46,680 bases of DNA from contig CAZRAD010000003.1 of assembly GCA_964597945.1 (NCBI GenBank), positions 1-46,680 on the forward strand. Reading direction: 5' to 3'. A program made the position numbers and the translations under genes. Under the pieces are notes generated by a model that made no database searches, was not told the origin of the DNA, and worked only from the letters and a program-made list of their open reading frames with translations. Source of the stretch: an uncultured bacterium. Its GTDB lineage: Bacteria > Joyebacterota > Joyebacteria > Joyebacterales > Joyebacteraceae. Below, one piece after another: positions 16,800 to 25,487 of the stretch; position 1 is the stretch's first letter; each line of letters begins with the position of its first letter.

Positions 16800-18143
16800 T
16801 CAGCTGATCGCCGAGAGGAAGACCGACGCCATCCCGAGGTAGACCATGATTCCCAGAATGTCGTTGAGCGTCGTGACAAATGGACCCTGTGCAACGGCAG
16901 GGTCCACGCCCACACCGCGAAGCGCATACGGAATGACGGCTCCGAGCGTCGCGGCGACGAGGATGACCATCGCGAGCGAACCGCCGACGACGGCCGCGAG
17001 CTGCCACGACCCGAGCCAGAACCCGACGATGGCCCAGATCGCCGCGCCGAGAACGAACGCGTTCATCAGCGCGACGCGCCATTCTTTGACGAGTCTCTCC
17101 CCCACGGGATCGCTGAGGCCACGCTCCGAGTGCATGCTTCGAACGATGATGGTCGAGGTCTGAAGCCCCACGTTACCGCCCATCGCGGTGATGACGGGAA
17201 CGAAGAACGCCAGCGCGAGCACGCGCTCGAGTGAGACGCTGAAGTGCCGCATCACGAGCGCGGAACAGAGCCCGCCGGCTGCGCCGATGATGAGCCACGG
17301 AAGCCGGATGCGCGAGATCCGCATCGAGGACTCCTCATGGAACTCGTCCTCGCGCGTACCCGCCATGAGGCTGATGTCCTCGTCGGCCTCTTCGTGAATG
17401 ACATCGATGATATCGTCGACCGTGATCCGTCCGACGAGCACGCCGGACGGGTCAACCACGGGAATCGCGACGAGGTCGTACTTGCTGAAGACGTGGGCAA
17501 CATCCTCCTGGTCCATCTCGGTCGAGACCGACACGACGTCCGCCTCCATGATGTCGCCGAGGCGCGTCGACGGCTGAGCGAGCACGAGGTTGCGGAGCGG
17601 AAAGACCCCGACGAGGCGGCGCGCGCCGTCGGTCACGTACACGTTGTGAATCTCGTCGACTTCCTCTGTCGCCTGGCGGATGAGTTCGATGGCATCGGCG
17701 ACCGTCTTTTCTCTGTTGAGGTAGACGAGCTCGGAGGCCATGATGCCGCCGGCCGACTCGTCGGTGTACTGCAGCAGATCCTCGACCTGCCGTCGATCCT
17801 CAGCTTCGAGCTGGGAGAGAACCTCGTCGCGTCGCTCGTCCTCCAGCATGCCCACGACATCGGCAGCATCGTCCGACTCGAGCTCAGTGGCGATATTGGC
17901 GATCTCGGGGGTCTCGAGGTCGGCGAGCACCAGCTCGAGCGCGTGCTCGTCGAGATGAGGAAGCACATCGGCGCTCGTCTCGGTGTCGAGTTCAGCGAAT
18001 ACGGCGCGCAAGAGCTCATCATCGAGGCGCTCGAGTGCCGACGCGACATCCGCAGGGTGCAGCCCCATGAGCTGCTCCGCAAGGGCGCTCGCGCTGCCCC
18101 GCAGATCCAGAAGAAGGTCGTCCTCTCTTGCACGATCAGGCAT
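16800..18143 (-). CDS. mgtE: Magnesium transporter MgtE
   Basis: The start is probably the ATG at 18143 (MPDRAREDD...), overlapping the DUF502 stop by 8 nt. It has an MgtE_N-like acidic helical region, a CBS pair, and a TM domain with AMGGNVGLQTSTIIVRS and DPAVAQGPFVTTLNDILG. Confidence 0.92.
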   Translation of the reverse strand: MPDRAREDDLLLDLRGSASALAEQLMGLHPADVASALERLDDELLRAVFAELDTETSADVLPHLDEHALELVLADLETPEIANIATELESDDAADVVGMLEDERRDEVLSQLEAEDRRQVEDLLQYTDESAGGIMASELVYLNREKTVADAIELIRQATEEVDEIHNVYVTDGARRLVGVFPLRNLVLAQPSTRLGDIMEADVVSVSTEMDQEDVAHVFSKYDLVAIPVVDPSGVLVGRITVDDIIDVIHEEADEDISLMAGTREDEFHEESSMRISRIRLPWLIIGAAGGLCSALVMRHFSVSLERVLALAFFVPVITAMGGNVGLQTSTIIVRSMHSERGLSDPVGERLVKEWRVALMNAFVLGAAIWAIVGFWLGSWQLAAVVGGSLAMVILVAATLGAVIPYALRGVGVDPAVAQGPFVTTLNDILGIMVYLGMASVFLSAIS

Positions 18144-18810
18144 GCGGTCCGTCCGAACGGTCGCGCGACAGAACCCCTGCCGATACGACGAGCTTGAGCC
18201 CCTCATCGACGGGCATGTCGAGCGCGACGACGTCTTCTTTGGGAACGATCAGGAAGAACCCGGATGTCGGGTTCGGGGTTGTCGGGAGGAAGACCGTCAC
18301 GACATTGCGGCCGAGGTCATCGGACAAGCGGCCGCCGGTCTCCGATGTCACGAACGCCATGCTCCAGGTTCCCTTGTGCGGGTACTCGACGAGCACGACA
18401 CGGCGGAAGCTCGTCGAACGCTCCTGGAGAATGGTCGAGAACATCTGCTTCGTCGTCCTGTATATCCACCGAATGATAGGGATGTGATTGACGACACGTT
18501 CGCCGGCGCCGATCAGCCGTCGGCCGAGAAGATTGCTCGCTACCGACCCGATGATGATGATCACCGACACGAGCACGACGAGCCCAAGCCCGGGGACCTC
18601 GCGGCCGTAGTACCTTGCAACGAGCGGTCCCAGGATCGCATCAAGCCCGAAGAAGAGCTTCCAGAGAATGAAGACACTGATAGACGCGGGGAGGATGACG
18701 AGGAGCCCCGTGAAGAAGTAGCGCCTCAGAACACGCGCGATGCTCTGCCGCTCGGGTGCGGCGGTTCCCGTTCCGCCGTCCGCGTTCGGTGTCGTTGTTT
18801 CGTCGGTCAT
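18136..18810 (-). CDS. DUF502-family membrane protein
   Basis: 224 aa with RRYFFTGLLVILPASISVFILWKLF...GLGLVVLVSVIIIIG...YPHKGTWSMAFVT..., the pattern I associate with DUF502. Its start overlaps the upstream stop (ATGA). Confidence 0.75.
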   Translation of the reverse strand: MTDETTTPNADGGTGTAAPERQSIARVLRRYFFTGLLVILPASISVFILWKLFFGLDAILGPLVARYYGREVPGLGLVVLVSVIIIIGSVASNLLGRRLIGAGERVVNHIPIIRWIYRTTKQMFSTILQERSTSFRRVVLVEYPHKGTWSMAFVTSETGGRLSDDLGRNVVTVFLPTTPNPTSGFFLIVPKEDVVALDMPVDEGLKLVVSAGVLSRDRSDGPHA

Positions 18811-20063
18811 CGTTTCCTGATCCTCACCTTGCCGATTCGTGTCGGGCTCGCGGAGACGACTCGAAGATCGAGCCCCGAGACGACGATCTCCTCGCCCGAC
18901 TCCGGGATCCGCCCGAGCATCTTCAGAAGAAGCCCGGCGACGGTGTTGTAGTCGCCTTCGGGCAGTTCCACACCCAGTATCTCCTCGACCGCATCGATCT
19001 CAGCGCGTCCATCGACCATAAACAGGTTGCGGTCGATCGCGCGGATCAGCGTCTCATGAATGTCGTACTCGTCCTCGATCTCGCCTACAAGCTCCTCGAG
19101 CAGATCCTCGAGCGTCACGATGCCCGAGAGGCTCCCGTGTTCGTCGATCACGACCGCCATATGCTGCCGTCTCGCCTGGAGCTCACGGAACAGATCGTCG
19201 CAGGTCTTCGTCTCCGGCACGTGCGGCACCGGCCGCTTGAGCGCTTCTATCGATTGCTCGCGTGGTATGCCGAGAAGATCACGCGAATGGACCATCGACT
19301 CGATGTGCTCACGGTCCCCGGAGATAACGGGTAGTCGTGAGAACCCGTATCGGCGAACGATCTCGACGGCATCGCCGACGGTCGCGTCCTCGCTCAGCCC
19401 GACGACGTCGGTTCGCGGCACCATCACCTCGCCGATGGACTTCTCTCCGAACTCGAAGACGCGCGTGATGAGCTTCGTCTCCTCCTTGTCGACCGCCCCC
19501 GCCATCTCTCCCTCGCTCGTCAGCAGCCGCTGGAGCTGGTCCTTCGTCAGTCGCTTTCGCCACTCGACGACGTGGACGCCGAAGAGCAGCAGCACGCCGC
19601 GCGCCAGACCCGTCGCCAGCCATATGACGGGCGAGAGCAGATAGTAGAAGAACCGCAGCGGGTGGACGATGCGAAGGACGATGCTGTCGCTGTGCCTGCG
19701 GCCGACGATCTTCGGGATGACTTCTCCGAGCATGAGAAGTGTCGGCGTCACGATCGCCGTCGAAAGAAGGGCGATCGCCCCGGGCGACCAGCCTTCTCTC
19801 TGGGGAGTCTCGCCCAGCCAGCTCATGAGTACCCAGGACACGAGCGACGAGGTCATCACGACCGCGAGATTCGTCCCGACGAGCGTTGTTCCGAGCAGGC
19901 GCTCCGGGTCCGAGGCAAACTTCTCGAGCACCCGGGCGCCGCTGCGCCCCTTCTCCAGCCAGTGTTCGAGACGAATCCAGTTCATCGAGACAAGCGCCGT
20001 CTCGGCCCCGGAGAAGAACGCGGACAGGACGAATCCGAGCGCGATGAGGAGACCGATCATCAT
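18807..20063 (-). CDS. CNNM/CorC-HlyC family transporter (DUF21 + CBS pair + CorC_HlyC), copy 2
   Basis: 418 aa. It has an N-terminal DUF21 TM region (FFSGAETALVS), a CBS pair, and the C-terminal CorC_HlyC-like sequence VELPEGDYNTVAGLLLKMLGRIP. Confidence 0.88.
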   Translation of the reverse strand: MMIGLLIALGFVLSAFFSGAETALVSMNWIRLEHWLEKGRSGARVLEKFASDPERLLGTTLVGTNLAVVMTSSLVSWVLMSWLGETPQREGWSPGAIALLSTAIVTPTLLMLGEVIPKIVGRRHSDSIVLRIVHPLRFFYYLLSPVIWLATGLARGVLLLFGVHVVEWRKRLTKDQLQRLLTSEGEMAGAVDKEETKLITRVFEFGEKSIGEVMVPRTDVVGLSEDATVGDAVEIVRRYGFSRLPVISGDREHIESMVHSRDLLGIPREQSIEALKRPVPHVPETKTCDDLFRELQARRQHMAVVIDEHGSLSGIVTLEDLLEELVGEIEDEYDIHETLIRAIDRNLFMVDGRAEIDAVEEILGVELPEGDYNTVAGLLLKMLGRIPESGEEIVVSGLDLRVVSASPTRIGKVRIRKR

Positions 20064-21349
20064 CGTCGACCATCCTCCTCTCCACTCCCGGGCTGTTCCG
20101 TCTCGTCGAGCTTCACGATGGTCACGTTCGTGATGCGCTGCTCGTCGAGTTCCTCAACCGTGAACTCGAATCCGTCGCGCTCGAGCTTCTCACCAACCGA
20201 CGGAATGCGCCCGAAAGCGACCATGAGGTAGCCGCCGAGCGTCTCGATGCCCTCGCCCTCGAATTCGGGGACATCGAGCTCATCGGCAAGCAGGTCGAGC
20301 CTGATGGCGCCGTCGGCGATCAATGTCTTGCTGTCCAGGACACGGAATAGAGGGCGCTCTGCGTCGTCGTGCTCGTCGCGGATCTCTCCAACGATCTCCT
20401 CGATGAGATCCTCAAGCGTCACAACGCCCGCCGTCCCGCCATACTCATCGACGACGATGGCGATGTGGATGCGTCGCCGCTGCAGTTCGCGGAGCAGCCC
20501 GCCAGCGCTCTTGCTCTCGGGCGTGAAGGTCGCCTCTCGCACAAGACCGCGGATCGATTCGTCGCCGGCCTGCTCGAAGTCGAGCTTGAGCAGATCCTTC
20601 GCGTACAGGACACCGACGATGTGGTCGATGTCGTCGCTGTAGACGGGCATGCGGGAGAGTCCGTGCTCCCGGAACGCGGCGATAGCCTCGGACACGGTCA
20701 CGGTCTCGTCGAAACACTGCATGTCGACGCGCGGGACCATGAGTTCGCGGACAACGGTGTCCCCGAATTCCATGACGCTGTCGATCATGTCGCGCTCGTC
20801 CTCCTCGAGCGTACCCTCGTGTTCCGAGATGGCTACGATCGTGCGAAGCTCAGCGGCCGTGACGAATGGAGCCTCACCCTCATCAAGTCGGCCGAGCTTG
20901 GAGACCAGCCAGTGAACCGCGGTGACGATGGGAGCCAGAACCCGATCGATCGCGCCCAGAATCGGCGCCGCCCGGGTGGCGAACACCAAATTGTGCTGCA
21001 TCGCATACATCTTCGGGGCCACCTCGCCCACAACGAGGATGAAGAAGGTCACCACGATGACCTCGACCGTGATGCTGGCGGCGTCCGACAGCCCGAGAGC
21101 CCGAAGAGCGGTGAGCGCGACGACCGCGCCGAGCGAACTCGTCGCGACGTTGACGAGCGTATTGCCGAGTAGAATGGTAATCAGCAGCCGATCCGGCATG
21201 TTCAGGAGCCACCGTATGCGGCTCCGCTCATCCATCTCACTCACCTCGAGCCGCGAGAGCGAGAAGAGCGCGGTCTCGGAGCCCGAGAAGACGCCGGAGA
21301 GATAGAGCAGCGCGGAGAATCCAAGAGCCGCTGCGATAAGATAGGTCAT
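20060..21349 (-). CDS. CNNM/CorC-HlyC family transporter, copy 1
   Basis: 429 aa with the same architecture (FSGSETALFS; CBS pair; GIETLGGYLMVAFGRIP). Its ATG at 21349 is immediately preceded by the 18-bp repeat array. Confidence 0.88.
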   Translation of the reverse strand: MTYLIAAALGFSALLYLSGVFSGSETALFSLSRLEVSEMDERSRIRWLLNMPDRLLITILLGNTLVNVATSSLGAVVALTALRALGLSDAASITVEVIVVTFFILVVGEVAPKMYAMQHNLVFATRAAPILGAIDRVLAPIVTAVHWLVSKLGRLDEGEAPFVTAAELRTIVAISEHEGTLEEDERDMIDSVMEFGDTVVRELMVPRVDMQCFDETVTVSEAIAAFREHGLSRMPVYSDDIDHIVGVLYAKDLLKLDFEQAGDESIRGLVREATFTPESKSAGGLLRELQRRRIHIAIVVDEYGGTAGVVTLEDLIEEIVGEIRDEHDDAERPLFRVLDSKTLIADGAIRLDLLADELDVPEFEGEGIETLGGYLMVAFGRIPSVGEKLERDGFEFTVEELDEQRITNVTIVKLDETEQPGSGEEDGRR

Positions 21350-21350
21350 C

Positions 21351-21422
21351 GGTGTCCCTTACGGCTTCGGTGTCCCTTACGGCTTCGGTGTCCCTTACGG
21401 CTTCGGTGTCGCTTATGACTGA
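21351..21422 (-). repeat. 18-bp tandem repeat: three perfect copies plus one degenerate, reiterating the RBS region of the CNNM gene
   Basis: The plus-strand unit ggtgtcccttacggcttc occurs at 21351-21368, 21369-21386 and 21387-21404. A degenerate copy lies at 21405-21422 (13/18 by my count). The minus-strand unit GAAGCCGTAAGGGACACC carries TAA and AAGGGA. The proximal copy places AAGGGA 5 nt before the ATG at 21349. Confidence 0.95.
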
Positions 21423-21443
21423 GGAGCGCGGTAGACCCCTCGT

Positions 21444-21890
21444 TCAGCGTCCGTCAGACGCCGCCCGAACATGGCGGTTCTCGATCCGCCGCATCTCGGC
21501 GATGCGCTTCTCGTTCGGGTGGTCATATCCCAGAAGATGGAGCACGCCGTGTGCCACGAGCTTCAGGATCTCCCGGTCCACCGTCCGCCGGAATCGGCGC
21601 GACTGCACGGCCGCGCGGTCGACGGAGATGACGATGTCGCCGAGCACGAGTTCCTCGCCCTCGTCGCGCACGTCGCCGCCGTCGCGCATCGCGAACGACA
21701 GAACGTCGGTCGGTCTGTCGATCCCGCGATACTCTCGATTGAGATCATGCACGTACGCGTCATCGGCGAACGTGAGCGTCACGTCCGCGCCCGCCGCATC
21801 ATGCTCCGAGAGCAGCGCCTCGATGAGCGACCGGATGGTCCTGCGGTCCAGCTCCACGGTCTTCTGCTTGTTGATGATCGTGAGCGGCAT
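21444..21890 (-). CDS. ybeY: rRNA maturation endoribonuclease YbeY
   Basis: I place the start at the ATG at 21890 (MPLTIINKQK...), 4 nt after the upstream TAG. The motif is VAHGVLHLLGYDH. The ORF-track start at 21986 overlaps the upstream gene. Confidence 0.9.
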   Translation of the reverse strand: MPLTIINKQKTVELDRRTIRSLIEALLSEHDAAGADVTLTFADDAYVHDLNREYRGIDRPTDVLSFAMRDGGDVRDEGEELVLGDIVISVDRAAVQSRRFRRTVDREILKLVAHGVLHLLGYDHPNEKRIAEMRRIENRHVRAASDGR

Positions 21891-21894
21891 CAGT

Positions 21895-24261
21895 CTACTC
21901 CGTTGGTCCGGCGCCGGTTCCCTCATCGGGCGCGCCGGGTGTGGTGTCGACCTCTCGTCGCGCGGCAGACTCATCGCCATCTTCACTCAGGCCGCCCTGA
22001 CCCTCCTCGCCCTCCGCCTGGTCGGGGTACTTCACCCGCTGGTGGTACATCCCGACGAGAACGCGGAAGTAGGCCTCGCGGATCTTCCGCAGATCAGAGA
22101 GCGTCAGCTCCGCGTCGTCGAGCTGGTGCGCCTTCCATCGCTTCTCGATGGCGTCCGCGATCTCGCTTTCGATGCGCTTCGGAGAAGCCGAGTCGCCTAT
22201 CGAGCGCGTGCGCGCCTCGAGGATATCCGCGAGCATCAGGATCGCCGATTCCTTGCTCCTCGGCCGCGGACCGGGATAGCAGTAGTCGGACTCCGTCACC
22301 TCATCAGGATCCTCGGCTTCCTTCCTCGCCTGATTGTAGAAGTACTCCATCAGGCTCGTACCGTGGTGCTCCCGGATGAGGTCGATGAGCGGTTCGGGGA
22401 CGTTCTCCTTGTGCGCAAGCTCGATACCGTCCTTGACGTGCGCCCGGATGACGAGGCTCGAGACCTTCGGCTTGAGACCTGTATGTTTGCTGGATTCGGC
22501 GTCGAGCCCCTGCTGGTTCTCGATGAAGTAGCCGGGGTTCACGAGCTTGCCGATGTCGTGATAGTACGCGCCGACGCGGGTCAGGAGTCCGTTGGCACCG
22601 ATGGCCTCGGCCGCCGCCTCGCCGAGGTTGCCGACGACGATGCTGTGGTGATAGGTGCCGGGAGCGGTCATCGCCATCTTGCGAAGCAGCGGTTTGTTCA
22701 TGTCGCCGAGCTCGAGCAGTGTCACGTCGGTCGTCACGCGGAAGCCGCGCTCGAACAACGGGAGTGTGACGATCACGATGCCCATACTGATCACCGCGTT
22801 GAGACCGCCCCATCCCATCCGCGACAGCGTTCCCATGTCGACCTCGACCATGACGATGTCGGCAATGGCGATGGCCGCGGCGTAGACACCGACGACTCGG
22901 ATGCCGGCCCAGTAGAAATCCTCGCGGTGCCGAACGCGCCGCACGGAGTGCGCGGCGACGATGGCCGCGGCGACCGAGACGAACGTGAACGGCATCCCGA
23001 AACCCGTGTAGATCGACGCGATCAGAACGACGATGAGCGTCGAGAAGACGGATGTCTCGAAATCGAACAACAGGGAACCCAGCATCGCAAGGAGCGCCAC
23101 CGGCACAAGATACGGTGACGCGTCGGGAACCCGCACGATGATCGCGGCCGCGATCATGACGGTCGTCAGAAGCACGGAGAACAGCACCGTGTAGCGAATC
23201 TCAGTGATGAGCTTCGGCTTACGGACCGATACGTAGAGCGTGAACACGAACAGCAACAGCGCCGCCTGAAGCATGCGGCCGAGCTGCGGGAAGAAGCGCG
23301 TGATGCCCGCGACATCCCTGAGCATGTCCTGCCGACGTCGCTCCATGGACCGCAGGATCGTCAGATGGTCCTCGGTCACACGCTCCCCGCGTTCAATGAT
23401 GATCTCATCCTGTTTGAAGTCCCGTCCCTCGAACTCCGAGACGTTCTCGCGCGCCGTTCTCCGCCGGCGGGCCGTTTCATCGGCATCGTATACGATGTTT
23501 CCCTCGAGGAACTGCGAGAGGATCTCCTTGACGGCGATGGTGCGCTCCGGGTCGTCGAACGTCCGACCGGCTTCGCGCTGGACCGTTTCGACAAGAAGCT
23601 GCTCGGGGATGAACGCCGCGGTCCGGACGATGCTCTCGTCATCACCCTCGAGGAGGGTCACGGTCGCGTCGGTCGCCATCTCGGGAGTTCCACGTTCACG
23701 GAGAATGCCGGTGTCGTACAGAACGAACAGGATCTCACGCGCTCGCTCCTCGACGTCGGAGGCGCGCTCCTCATTGAGAAGGATCTCGCGCGTCGACTCG
23801 CTCAGAACGACCCCGAGCTGCCCGAGCATGTCGAGCTTCTGCTGGCGAGGCTCGGTGCCGCCGCGGATCTCGTAGACCCGCGTCAGGAACTCGCCGAAGC
23901 TCGTCCGACTGACGGTCTGCACGCCCTCGTTGAGTCGGAACACCGGGACGACCTGTTCGGCAGCCGCCGTGCGCTCCTGCTCGAGCGCGTCCTCGGACTT
24001 GAGCACATCGAAATCGTACGGAGCAACGATCTCCTCGCGCGCGACCTGGCCGACCTGCAGTTCCACTCCGGTCTCCGGCAGAGCGCGCGGGAAGAGAAGC
24101 TCGAGGACGATGATGAACGCGAGCGACAGGAGAATGCCGTAGACGACGCCCCGGCGCCGCCAGGGACGAGCGGGCCCCTTCGCGTCGGCGTCAGCGACGT
24201 GCTTCACGCGACCGGCGCGTCGGCGGGTCTCCGGCCGCTTGCCGAACAGGCGTCGCATCAC
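21895..24261 (-). CDS. 7TM-HD membrane phosphohydrolase (PgpH/YqfF-like)
   Basis: ~788 aa. It has an extracytoplasmic N-terminal domain, a 7-TM block, and an HD domain (HHSIVVGNLGEAAAEAIG...GAYYHDIGKL). The GTGATG start overlaps the phoH stop. Confidence 0.85.
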   Translation of the reverse strand: MMRRLFGKRPETRRRAGRVKHVADADAKGPARPWRRRGVVYGILLSLAFIIVLELLFPRALPETGVELQVGQVAREEIVAPYDFDVLKSEDALEQERTAAAEQVVPVFRLNEGVQTVSRTSFGEFLTRVYEIRGGTEPRQQKLDMLGQLGVVLSESTREILLNEERASDVEERAREILFVLYDTGILRERGTPEMATDATVTLLEGDDESIVRTAAFIPEQLLVETVQREAGRTFDDPERTIAVKEILSQFLEGNIVYDADETARRRRTARENVSEFEGRDFKQDEIIIERGERVTEDHLTILRSMERRRQDMLRDVAGITRFFPQLGRMLQAALLLFVFTLYVSVRKPKLITEIRYTVLFSVLLTTVMIAAAIIVRVPDASPYLVPVALLAMLGSLLFDFETSVFSTLIVVLIASIYTGFGMPFTFVSVAAAIVAAHSVRRVRHREDFYWAGIRVVGVYAAAIAIADIVMVEVDMGTLSRMGWGGLNAVISMGIVIVTLPLFERGFRVTTDVTLLELGDMNKPLLRKMAMTAPGTYHHSIVVGNLGEAAAEAIGANGLLTRVGAYYHDIGKLVNPGYFIENQQGLDAESSKHTGLKPKVSSLVIRAHVKDGIELAHKENVPEPLIDLIREHHGTSLMEYFYNQARKEAEDPDEVTESDYCYPGPRPRSKESAILMLADILEARTRSIGDSASPKRIESEIADAIEKRWKAHQLDDAELTLSDLRKIREAYFRVLVGMYHQRVKYPDQAEGEEGQGGLSEDGDESAARREVDTTPGAPDEGTGAGPTE

Positions 24262-25316
24262 TGGTCACCCTCCTCGCCGGCATCGCTCCCGGATCCGTTC
24301 GCGGCGCCTTCGCCGGGCGTCCCCACGTACGGCGACGTCGAGCCGCTGCTGTTCCGTCCGGCATTCTCCGTCGCCTTCACATAGCGGTCGAACGCCTTGA
24401 CGATCTCACGAACGAGTCTGTGGCGGACCACGTCGCTCTCGGTCAGGTAGGAAAAGGCAATGCCGTCGATTCCCGAGAGGATGTCCTGGATGCGTACGAG
24501 TCCTGACATCTCACGGTTCGCCAGGTCGATCTGCGTGATGTCACCCGTGATGACGGCGCGCGAGTTGAAGCCAAGCCTCGTGAGGAACATCTTCATCTGC
24601 GGCATCGTACTGTTCTGCGCCTCGTCGAGGATGACGAACGCGTCGTTCAACGTCCTCCCGCGCATGTACGCAAGCGGGATGACCTCGATCGTCCCGTTGT
24701 CGATGAGGTGCTTCACGCGCTCGGGGTCCATCATGTCGCGGAGCGCGTCGTAGAGCGGCCGGAGATACGGCGCGATCTTGTCCTGGTAGTCACCGGGCAG
24801 ATATCCGAGGCTCTCACCGGCCTCGACCGCCGGGCGGACCAGCGCGATCCGCGCGACCTCCTTCTGACGAAGCGCCGACACCGCCATCGCCACAGCGAGA
24901 TAGGTCTTGCCCGTGCCCGCGGGGCCGATGGCCGCGACGATATCGTTCTTGAGCATCGCCTCCACGTAGCTCTTCTGGCCGACCGTCCGTGGCTGCACCG
25001 GCTTCTTGAGCCCCGTCAGGGGCTTCTCGGCATCGTAGAACCGCGAGAGCTCCTCGGCGCGATCGGACCCGACCATCCCCATCGCATACTCGACATCCGC
25101 GCGGCGAACAGTCCGGCCACGGCGCACGAGCTTCGCCATCTCCGTGATGATGGTCTCGATCTGCTCAACCTCGCTCTGCTCACCCTCGATGATGATCTCG
25201 CCGCCACGCGCGGTCACCCTCGCGTCGAACGAGTCCTGGAGCAGCCGCAGATTCGTGTCGTGCCGCCCATAGAGATGGAGCGTGTCGATGTCGGCAACCG
25301 ATACCTTGCGCTTCAC
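24258..25316 (-). CDS. phoH: PhoH-like ATPase
   Basis: 352 aa, starting at GTG. Walker A is GPAGTGKTYLAVA and Walker B is FVILDEAQN. The Gly/Ser-rich C-terminal extension is unusual. Confidence 0.9.
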   Translation of the reverse strand: MKRKVSVADIDTLHLYGRHDTNLRLLQDSFDARVTARGGEIIIEGEQSEVEQIETIITEMAKLVRRGRTVRRADVEYAMGMVGSDRAEELSRFYDAEKPLTGLKKPVQPRTVGQKSYVEAMLKNDIVAAIGPAGTGKTYLAVAMAVSALRQKEVARIALVRPAVEAGESLGYLPGDYQDKIAPYLRPLYDALRDMMDPERVKHLIDNGTIEVIPLAYMRGRTLNDAFVILDEAQNSTMPQMKMFLTRLGFNSRAVITGDITQIDLANREMSGLVRIQDILSGIDGIAFSYLTESDVVRHRLVREIVKAFDRYVKATENAGRNSSGSTSPYVGTPGEGAANGSGSDAGEEGDQ

Positions 25317-25330
25317 ATTGCCCTCACGGA

Positions 25331-25374
25331 ATGAAAACAGGCTCCCGGTCCCGGCGTGCCGGGAACCAGGAGCC
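25331..25374 (-). terminator. Rho-independent terminator-like hairpin plus U-tract
   Basis: On the minus strand, GGCTCCTGGTTCCCGGCACGCCGGGACCGGGAGCC forms an imperfect GC-rich stem and is followed by TGTTTTCATT. It lies downstream of the LysM gene and only ~15 nt before the phoH start. Confidence 0.6.
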
Positions 25375-25487
25375 AGTTTCTGTCGTTATCGCCTGGCAGC
25401 CGGGCGGCCCTCCTGCCGAGGTCGCCTCACCACACACTGACACCCGATCGACTCGCGGAGGCGGCGCCAATCGGCTTGTCCCTGCGC

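Noticed and set aside
15772-18206. T-box leader upstream of glyQ and M-box (Mg2+) riboswitch upstream of mgtE
   Set aside because: The recO-glyQ spacer is only 83 nt, with no specifier or T-box sequence. mgtE overlaps the upstream DUF502 gene, leaving no leader at all.
21351-21422. Possible mini CRISPR array, or a coding MSLTASVSLTASVSLTASV repeat protein (the start of ORF 21352-23118+)
   Set aside because: The 18-bp units are directly contiguous with no spacers and are far shorter than CRISPR repeats. No cas genes are present. The plus-strand ORF is antisense to ybeY and the pgpH-like gene and is otherwise shadow-like.
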